Made by a program: the position numbers and the translations under genes | Assembly: GCA_947625855.1 (NCBI GenBank) | Contig: CANQPW010000002.1 | Span: 3,472-67,471 of the forward strand | DNA length: 64,000 nt | Source of the DNA: an uncultured Clostridia bacterium | Lineage (GTDB): Bacteria > Bacillota > Clostridia > TANB77 > CAG-465 | Direction: 5' to 3' | Notes under the pieces: model-generated | What the model was told of the DNA's origin: nothing | Database searches by the model: none | Seen by the model: only the letters and a program-made list of their open reading frames with translations | Shown: positions 6,928 to 15,600 of the stretch, in pieces | How positions within the stretch are numbered: position 1 is the stretch's first letter | How the letters are laid out: each line of letters begins with the position of its first letter

Positions 6928-8235
6928 ATGCATAGATATATAAAGGATAAATTAATAGAATGGAAAAATAAAGAAAACAGAAAACCATTAATATTAAAAG
7001 GAGCAAGACAAGTTGGAAAAACATATATATTAAAAGAATTTGGAAAAGAAGAATATGAAAATATTGCATATTTTAACTTTGATCATGATGAAGCATTAAA
7101 AGATTTATTTAAAAATACAAAAGATCCAAAAAGAATACTAGAACAGCTAACTTTTGCAAGTGGAAGTGTGATAAAACCTGAAAAAACACTCATCATTTTT
7201 GATGAAATACAAGAATGTCCAGATGCTTTAAATTCATTAAAATATTTTAATGAAGATGCAAATGAATATCATATCGTTTGTGCAGGTAGTTTGCTTGGAA
7301 TCAGACTTTCTCATACTTCATTTCCTGTTGGAAAAGTAGAATATCTTGAAATGTATCCTATGACATTTACTGAGTTTCTAATTGCAGATGGTTGCCAAAA
7401 TCTAGTAGAATATATGAATTCGATAACTACTATTGAAAAAATACCAGATATTATATTTAACCAATTAAACGAAAAATTAAAATCTTATTTCATAATTGGT
7501 GGTATGCCTGAAGTAGTTAATATCTGGATAAATACTAGAAATATTGAAATGGTAAATGAAATACAACAGCAAATATTAAAAGGATATGAAAATGACTTTG
7601 GAAAGCATACAGAAGGAATAAATAACTATTCAAAAATTTCTATTATATGGGAAAGTATTGTATCTCAGCTTTCTAAAGAAAATAAAAAATTTTTATATCA
7701 AGTAGCAAAAGAGGGAGCAAGAGCTAGAGAATATGAGGACGCTATAAACTGGTTAAATGATGCTAATTTAGTAAATAAAATATTTAACATTACTAAACCA
7801 GATTTTCCACTTAATGCTTATACGGATTTAAGTAGTTTTAAATTGTATATGTCTGATATTGGATTGCTTAGAAGAAAAGCTAATTTAGATTCAAGAATTG
7901 TAATAGAAGGAAATAAGTTATTTGAAGAATTTAAAGGTGCATTAACAGAAAACTATGTTCTAAATATGCTAATTTTTATAAACAACGAAATTCCAAATTA
8001 TTATGTATTTGACAGACATGAAATTGATTTTATAATACAAGAAAAAAATAAAATAGTACCAATAGAGGTAAAATCTGGTAATACTAATAGTTTAACCAAA
8101 TTTAATAGTACGAATGATAATGAAATATCAATTAGATTTTCTACTAATAATTTAGATAAAAGCGGTAAAATCTTAAATATACCATTATTTATGGTAGAGT
8201 ATACAAATAAATTACTTGATATTGCAAACAATTAA
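6928..8235 (+). CDS. AAA-type ATPase of the AAA_14 + DUF4143 family
   Basis: Walker A LKGARQVGKTY, Walker B LIIFDEIQ, typical length and C-terminal DUF4143-like region. Start moved to ATG 6928 behind AAGGGTGA. Confidence 0.75.
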   Translation: MHRYIKDKLIEWKNKENRKPLILKGARQVGKTYILKEFGKEEYENIAYFNFDHDEALKDLFKNTKDPKRILEQLTFASGSVIKPEKTLIIFDEIQECPDALNSLKYFNEDANEYHIVCAGSLLGIRLSHTSFPVGKVEYLEMYPMTFTEFLIADGCQNLVEYMNSITTIEKIPDIIFNQLNEKLKSYFIIGGMPEVVNIWINTRNIEMVNEIQQQILKGYENDFGKHTEGINNYSKISIIWESIVSQLSKENKKFLYQVAKEGARAREYEDAINWLNDANLVNKIFNITKPDFPLNAYTDLSSFKLYMSDIGLLRRKANLDSRIVIEGNKLFEEFKGALTENYVLNMLIFINNEIPNYYVFDRHEIDFIIQEKNKIVPIEVKSGNTNSLTKFNSTNDNEISIRFSTNNLDKSGKILNIPLFMVEYTNKLLDIANN

Positions 8236-8269
8236 AAAATATTAATTATATAATTATTACTTTAAGACT

Positions 8270-8305
8270 AAAAGACTTGAAATTTTGTATATTTCAAGTC
8301 TCTTT
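8270..8305 (+). terminator. Rho-independent terminator of the ATPase gene
   Basis: AGACTTGAAAT, loop, ATTTCAAGTCT, then CTTTT. Confidence 0.6.
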
Positions 8306-8414
8306 TAGAATTATTACATCATAAATAATTTTAAAATAGTCTAATTTACAAATATTCTTCTAAAAATAAACAAAGAAGCATCATATTTCAGAATACTTCT
8401 TTGTTTACTTTTAA

Positions 8415-9293
8415 TTAAGCTTTTACTACACCTGTTAATTTGCCAAGATGTTGATAGCCTTCCAGCCGAATATCTTTTAACTCCTTAGAATTATCAAAAG
8501 CATAAAAGTCATTTACCTCAGGATTGAGCCACAACTTAGGTGCTGGCAAAGCATCTTTTCTTCTTTCTAACATTTTTTCAATTTGCTCAATATGCTCCTC
8601 ATAAATATGTGTATCCACCATGTTATAATGCATTTCAGCAGGCTTAAGCCCAGTTACATGTGCTAACATATATGTCAAGGCTGCATACTGTGTAATGTTA
8701 AATGGAACACCAAGAAAGATATCACATGAGCGTTGCTCTACAAAAGAGTAAAGTTTTCCATCTAATACAAGGAATTGTACCTTATACACACAAGGTGGTA
8801 ACACTGCTTTGTTAAAAAACGGAGGCTGCCACATTGAGATAATATTGCGTCTATCCGCAGGATTGTGCAATATTTTGTAGATAGCTGCATCCATCTGATC
8901 TTCGGCACCTTTTTCACCACCATGAGCAATAATATAACCATAGCTAGTTCCTATGGTACCAGCCCATTCTTTTCCAAAAAAGGTTTCCTGACCATTATCA
9001 GGATTTCGATAAACACCATCTTCGCCGATTTCAAACTTATCCCAAATTTTAATGCCTCTCTTACGTAACCAATCAACATTGATACATTTCTGTTGATAAA
9101 TCCACATCATTTCTAAAATAGCCGTTTTCCAAGCTACCTGCTTAGTAGTGAGAATAGGGAACTCATATGCTAAATCAAAAATCCAATGGTTACCAGCAAT
9201 CCGGTACGTAACACCGTTTCTTGCTTGCGTTTTAACACCGTGATTCAAAATTTTCTCACAGGTATCTAAGTACATTTTGTCAAACTGTGACAT
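8415..9293 (-). CDS. thyA: Thymidylate synthase (ThyA family)
   Basis: PILTTK, LPPCVYKVQF (catalytic Cys), QRSCDIFLGVPFNITQYAAL, DTHIY. Start placed at ATG 9293 behind AAAGGAGAA. Own promoter (TTGACT-17-TATACT) and terminator (8367-8408). Confidence 0.9.
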   Translation of the reverse strand: MSQFDKMYLDTCEKILNHGVKTQARNGVTYRIAGNHWIFDLAYEFPILTTKQVAWKTAILEMMWIYQQKCINVDWLRKRGIKIWDKFEIGEDGVYRNPDNGQETFFGKEWAGTIGTSYGYIIAHGGEKGAEDQMDAAIYKILHNPADRRNIISMWQPPFFNKAVLPPCVYKVQFLVLDGKLYSFVEQRSCDIFLGVPFNITQYAALTYMLAHVTGLKPAEMHYNMVDTHIYEEHIEQIEKMLERRKDALPAPKLWLNPEVNDFYAFDNSKELKDIRLEGYQHLGKLTGVVKA

Positions 9294-9415
9294 ATTTTCT
9301 CCTTTCATTAATTAATGAATAAAAAAAAAGTTAATTGTTACAAAGCGAAGTATACTATAAAAATAGACGTAAGTCAACTAGATATATTAATTTTTGTAGA
9401 AATTTGAAACATAAA

Positions 9416-9484
9416 CTATTTTTTTGTAATTGCAGCATACCAAAATGATACAAATACTGCAGCTATAAACACCAATAAATACAT
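9416..9484 (-). CDS. Candidate 22-aa hydrophobic peptide MYLLVFIAAVFVSFWYAAITKK
   Basis: GGAGG lies 5 nt upstream of the ATG. Single predicted TM helix with a KK tail. Below the ORF-track size cutoff. Confidence 0.3.
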   Translation of the reverse strand: MYLLVFIAAVFVSFWYAAITKK

Positions 9485-9673
9485 ATTTACCTCCACAACA
9501 TATTACTTTTCTTAATTTTATCACATTTTTATCTATTTTTCATTATTTATACTTAATTTAAAATAAAATGACCTTGATAGTATAATATTTATATATAACT
9601 ATAAAAAGTCTTACAAAAGAATCATTTGAATTCTTTTGTAAGACTATCGTTATTATTAGAGTATATTTACATA

Positions 9674-10618
9674 TTATATAGTTAATGCTAAACTTTGATT
9701 CATACTACCTGTTAATTCAACATCTTGTATTTGCCCATCAACCACTTTAAACAATGTTTTAAAAAACTTTACTACGTTTTGTTTTGAAATATTATTTTGC
9801 TCTTTACTAATATAGTTTTCATTTAGTAAAAAGTCTAAATAGCTATATACATTATTTAATAACAATAGAAAAATTTGTTTTTCATATTCGTTTCTTTTAA
9901 TAACAGATAAATTGTTATAATCATTAAAAATCTTTTCTCTTTTTTCAAGTAAAATAATTACCATATTTTTTAAATTTTCTAAAGCATTATTATGTTCTGA
10001 TATAATATCTGAAATTTTTAAATAAAAATAATTTTCCATTAATTGCTTCCATGCATTTACTTCATCATCAAGAGTATTATCAATTCTATTTAAAACTCTT
10101 TCTAACATATCTTGTGACATCATTACTTTAAGATTTGCCCTATCAAATGAATCTTTTACAAGTTTTTTTAATTCATTTAAGCCAAACCCATATTTACCAA
10201 AAACTGATACTGTTACAAAATTTTTAGATGCATCTTTTACCGAAACATCATTTTCACCTATTAATAGCTCCCTATTGGTAATAGTATGGCATACACCATT
10301 TATCCCAAATATTATTCCACACCTCAATAAATCTTGAGGCGGGCAAAACTCCATAAGCCACTCTTTATACGAGTTTTGCTTTGCTACTAATATTTTATCT
10401 CCCTGACCATTCCAGCACCTACCATAATTTGCCCAGCATAAAGTCCGATCTAAAGACACTAAAAAGGCATGTGAATCATCTTGAACATAAGTACTACTGG
10501 GCATAGCATAAGCTTCAGTCATAAGAATAGAATATTTATCACGAAATGCAACATGATTTTTATTAATAACTATTTCACCAGGATTAGGATTTTTAACATT
10601 ATAAAAATTATTATTCAT
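9674..10618 (-). CDS. Hypothetical protein (314 aa)
   Basis: Long ORF with GGAGGTG before the ATG and a strong 16-bp terminator hairpin (9607-9645). Cys/Trp-rich N-terminal half, helical C-terminal half. No family recognised. Confidence 0.6.
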   Translation of the reverse strand: MNNNFYNVKNPNPGEIVINKNHVAFRDKYSILMTEAYAMPSSTYVQDDSHAFLVSLDRTLCWANYGRCWNGQGDKILVAKQNSYKEWLMEFCPPQDLLRCGIIFGINGVCHTITNRELLIGENDVSVKDASKNFVTVSVFGKYGFGLNELKKLVKDSFDRANLKVMMSQDMLERVLNRIDNTLDDEVNAWKQLMENYFYLKISDIISEHNNALENLKNMVIILLEKREKIFNDYNNLSVIKRNEYEKQIFLLLLNNVYSYLDFLLNENYISKEQNNISKQNVVKFFKTLFKVVDGQIQDVELTGSMNQSLALTI

Positions 10619-10898
10619 ATAGTCACCTCCAGTTTATATTTGCAATATTTCACTTTTTAAGTATTACTAATAAAAATTATATTAAGTTTTTTTAAAAGTA
10701 CTATAAATAATATTTTTTAATAACCATATAATAGAAATTTCTATTTAATTTTAAAATTTTATTTTCCTATTATTTTAACATAAAAAACTTAAAATATCAA
10801 CTATGTTAAATTTATATAACAAAAAAAGGTCCTATAATAACTGTTATAGGTTTAACCTAAACGTTATTATAGAACCAAATTGTTATTTTTTATATAAA

Positions 10899-12587
10899 TT
10901 AATTATTGCTTAATCTATCTTTCTTTATTAATAATACAGCAATAACAGCAATTGATACTAATGCTACAACAATTAATGCACTTAATGCTATATCACCAGT
11001 ACTTGGTGCTTCTGATTTTTCTTCTATTACAATTATTTCAGTTTGATCTTTAACACCATTTTTTGCTTTTACAGTTATTATTGCTTTACCAGCTTTATTA
11101 GCAACAAGTTTTTGATTTTCATCCACAGATACAATTTCTGAATCTGAAGATGTTATCTCATATTCTAAAGGTAAAGATGCATTTTCAGGAAGTACAGTTA
11201 TATCTATATTTGTAGTTTCTCCTACTTTTAATTCCTTTTTATCAACTTTTGCCTTTATTGAAGTAATATCAACAAATATAGCTGTAATTTCTATTGTTGC
11301 TTCTTTATCACCAACTATTGCAGTTATTGTAGCTTTTCCTTCTTTTAATGCCTTTACAACACCATTTTCATCAATTGAAATAATGTCTGGTTCTGAACTT
11401 TTCCAAGTTACATTAGAAACATCTATATTGTTACTTATAACACTCAATACTTCTGTGTGACCTATACTTAGCTCAAAATCATTTTCATTTATTAAAATTG
11501 TATCTTCTGGTAATGCTTCAACTTTTACATTACAAGTTGCAGTAAATGTATTACCATCTTCGTTTGCAGTTACAGTTATTACAGTTTCACCAGCACTTAT
11601 TGCTACGATTTCACCATTATTAACAGTAGCTACATTTTCTTCAGAAGATTCCCAAAGAAGTGTACCTTCATATATTACACCATCTGGTATATATCTTACA
11701 CTTAAGTTTTCTTTTTGACCTTCTGTTAATGTTACATCCACTTTATTAAGTTCTATTTTTTGTAATGCAACTTTTGGTTGATTTACAGTTACTTTACAAG
11801 AAACCTTAAAATCACCAACTTCTGCATATATATATGCAATACCTTTACTTAATCCTGTAACTGTACCATTATAATCTACAATTGCAACACTATCATCTGA
11901 TGTAGACCATTTTATAGTCTTATCCTCAGTAGTATCACTAGGTGTTATATTTACAGTTAAATTAAATACATCATTTACATCTATTTCTTTTTCTGTTTCA
12001 TTTAATTCAATCTTTTCTATTGCTACAACTTTTCTATTTATACTTGTAGTTAAAATATCAGTTGATTCAGTAATAACTTCTGCTCTATTATGTCCTATTG
12101 AAGCTATTGTTGTAAAATTCTGATCAGGAGCTATAACTAATTGTGATTCCATATTATCTGGAATATTAGCACTAATAGTTCCAAGTTCAACTACATCTAC
12201 ATCATTAGTGTTTAATTCTTTTGTTCCAACATAATAAAGATTTAATCTTTTATCTCCATTAGCTTCTTCACTAAATTCAGAATTTTTTAATATATCCTCT
12301 TTTAGACTATCACTCCACCTAAAATCTATATCTGCTGAATCAATTACATCTATGTCAAGTCCTACTTGAAAAGATGCAACACTAGCATCATCTGCCATTC
12401 CTAAACTTACATGTATTAGTTTTTCGTCATTTTCATCTTGTGTTAATATTACACTAGTTCTATCTCTAGATATATGAGGTTCACTAATATTATCAAATAC
12501 ACCACTTACAGCTAATACAAGAGTTGTAGTAGATAATAAAACGATAGCTAGAAGAACAACAATTATATATAATTTTTTCTTATTCAT
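10899..12587 (-). CDS. Cell-surface protein: signal peptide, possible cohesin-like module, about five Big_2 repeats, sortase-type C-terminal anchor
   Basis: N-terminal KKK plus hydrophobic signal. Repeats of the form V..I.L......l..G....L.v...P.......W.SS....A.V...G.V.a...G.a.ItA. C-terminus is APSTGD, then a 24-aa hydrophobic stretch, then KKDR. Confidence 0.75.
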   Translation of the reverse strand: MNKKKLYIIVVLLAIVLLSTTTLVLAVSGVFDNISEPHISRDRTSVILTQDENDEKLIHVSLGMADDASVASFQVGLDIDVIDSADIDFRWSDSLKEDILKNSEFSEEANGDKRLNLYYVGTKELNTNDVDVVELGTISANIPDNMESQLVIAPDQNFTTIASIGHNRAEVITESTDILTTSINRKVVAIEKIELNETEKEIDVNDVFNLTVNITPSDTTEDKTIKWSTSDDSVAIVDYNGTVTGLSKGIAYIYAEVGDFKVSCKVTVNQPKVALQKIELNKVDVTLTEGQKENLSVRYIPDGVIYEGTLLWESSEENVATVNNGEIVAISAGETVITVTANEDGNTFTATCNVKVEALPEDTILINENDFELSIGHTEVLSVISNNIDVSNVTWKSSEPDIISIDENGVVKALKEGKATITAIVGDKEATIEITAIFVDITSIKAKVDKKELKVGETTNIDITVLPENASLPLEYEITSSDSEIVSVDENQKLVANKAGKAIITVKAKNGVKDQTEIIVIEEKSEAPSTGDIALSALIVVALVSIAVIAVLLIKKDRLSNN

Positions 12588-12677
12588 TTTTTCCTCCTTC
12601 TAAATTTTATATCAATAAATTTTATTTATCTTGTAAAGTAATCTAACTTAATAGATTACTTTACAAATTTATTTTTT

Positions 12678-15600
12678 CTACTTAACAATATCTGCATTAG
12701 AATTTAAATGTATACTTGGTAATTCCTCTGGAACTTTAATACGATATGTATCACTTGTTAATCTTTCATTTTCTAATGTTAATGCATTGTCTACACGGTA
12801 TAATTCGGCCCTTACAGTTTTTATAGTTTTATCAGTAAATTGTTTATATATTGGATTTTCTATCTCATTTCCTTTTTCTGGATCATCGATTTGTTCACCA
12901 TTTTCATCAACTATTATTGTTGGCTCTATCCAATAAATCCAAATTCCACCAACTACTTCACCAAGTTCACCGCCATCTTCTACTGGATCTGCATAGAAAG
13001 TTTGAACTCCTGGAATTAGATTGTTATCTTGATCCCATAATTTTAATGCGTTATATGCAGGATTTCCTTTATATATACCTGTAAATATTATTGATCCTTC
13101 TGGAATAACTACTGTATTTCCAGATACATCACTCTTACCTAAAGTTAATTCTTCATCTAATATACCAATTGCATCTTCTAATAAATCAACATTATCACCA
13201 GTTTGACCTAATAAATCGATTTCAGAAATTGATATTTCTTTATCCTTGATAATGAATTTTACATATACAGTATCGTACATATATAACTTATCATCACCAT
13301 CTTTATTAAAGTAAACAGTTTGTGTATTATTTTCATCAAATCCATTACTTAATATATTAGATATTTTTTGTGCAATACCAGTTGATACGCTCTTTACCGT
13401 AGTCCATTCTGTACCATCTATACTTACTTGAACTTCATAATTTTCTAAAGTTTTCTTTGCAGAAGATGTATATTTGAATCCTACTAATCTCTTAGCACCT
13501 TCAAGTGTTATTATAATTTCACCATCTTCATCTTCTGGTTTATTTCCTACATAATCAGTTTTATAATTTCCATCAATTAAATCATCTATTCCTTTTTGTA
13601 ATATTTCAGCATCATCAGCTTTATATTTCGGATCTTCTTCAACCCATTTATCTGAATCAGAAGTTAAGTTAGTTTCAACTACCCAATCTTCTTTTCCACC
13701 TAATGTTCCATCATGTGAAACTTTAATTGGATCTAAAACATATTGTTCAGTTTTTTCTAAGTGTTTATCATAAGCTGTTATCTTGTATGTAAATACTCTA
13801 TTGTTTAATGTATCTATTGTATCAGTATAAGTTAATTTTTCTTCAGTACCATCAGCTGTTACAAAAGCTACTGTATCCGATTTTTCTTCATCATTACTCA
13901 TATATGTTCTTACAATTTCATAACCTAAAATTGCATCTTTATTTTCTGACATATGATTATTTCCAAAAGTAATTACTACTTGATTAGTATTTACTCCAAG
14001 ACTTCTTGTAGCTTCTACTTTTGTATCATCTAGCATTCCTTCTCCACCAGATAATACATATGCTCTTGCCTCATCATTTATATAATAAATTGCTCTATTT
14101 TCATCAGGCCATTGACTTGCATATTTTATAGTATCTTCATCTGGAACCATTCCCCATCTTCTAAAGAACTCTAAAACGTTTTTCTGTGTAGCAGCACAAG
14201 CAAGTCTCATTAAATTATTATCTTTATCATTTGCTGTTAATGTTAAAGCTACACCATCTACTTCTGCCTTTGGAGCTTTAGATGTATCTCTTGCATATGT
14301 ATCCATTCTTGCGAATACATAGCTATCTAATGTTTGTTTATATGTATCATATTTTTTGAAGTTATATCCATTCATATCATATGCTAAATGGAATTGCCAG
14401 TATAATCCTAATTGAGTAAATACATTTTGCGCTTTACCAACTTTACCTGAAGTTACTTTCTTATATACTTCTGGATAACTAAATCTTACAGAATCATTTG
14501 TATCTTCAGCTTGTGCAAGTACAGAGAAGAAATTGTTAGTTACCTCACCATGTACATATGCCTGTTGATTTATAACGTGTCCTATTTCATGGGCAATACC
14601 CCATCCAAAATAATTACCACTTTCGTATTTACCAAATTCATCTGTAACTATTGGATTTCCTTGTGAAAGTAATTGTACTTCTGGCCATTCAATTCCTATA
14701 TGAGCTCCACCAGCGTACATAAATGCTCTACCTGACATTCTCATATAACGTATATTCAATCTACTTCTTGGATATATATTTTTACTTCCTGCATCCTTTG
14801 CAGATTCACTTAAACCTTTATTTGCATAGAATAAATCAATCATATCATCCATAGCTTCTATTGAATCATATAATTTTTTAGCTTTATCTGCTGTATTACC
14901 GTTACCTAAACCTGCAAGAATTTGTTTTGCAGAAACAGAATACATAATATGATCCATTACTATTTCAGTTGCTCCAAGAATACAGTTAGTTTCATTATTT
15001 TCAGAACCTATTGTTCCATATTTTGCTTCGCCATATGATTCTCCTGCTTTAACGCAAATATCATCATGACTATCAGCAATAGTTGTCATTAAATCTTCTA
15101 CATTTTCAATATATTCAGTAATTGCAGACATTTTTGCGTCTTCTGTATTTTCAACTTTTGTTAAATCAAGAACAGGTATTTCATGTCCACCTTCAACTCT
15201 TACGCCATAATATTTTTCAAAGCTCTTAAATGGATCATCATCTTTAAGTCCTGTATAATTAATATATAATGAACCACCTTTTTCAACATCAAACTTAAAC
15301 AATTCAGGAATTGTAACTACATTTTTACCTACTTTTAGGTTCTTAACAAGAACTGTTTGCCAATTTGAAGCATATCCATGATATTGTGTTGCAATAAGTT
15401 GTAAGTTAGTTGATTGACCTACATCTTTATATTCATTACCTACATATATTGTTACTGTATCTCCTGCATGTGCAACAACTCCTAATGGTTGCCATGCATT
15501 CATACCACTATTTTTAAATTCTATATGATTATCATAAAATGCTGTTACTGCATCATCTATTTTAATAGTATTACACATTTTTGAACCATTTACATATAGA

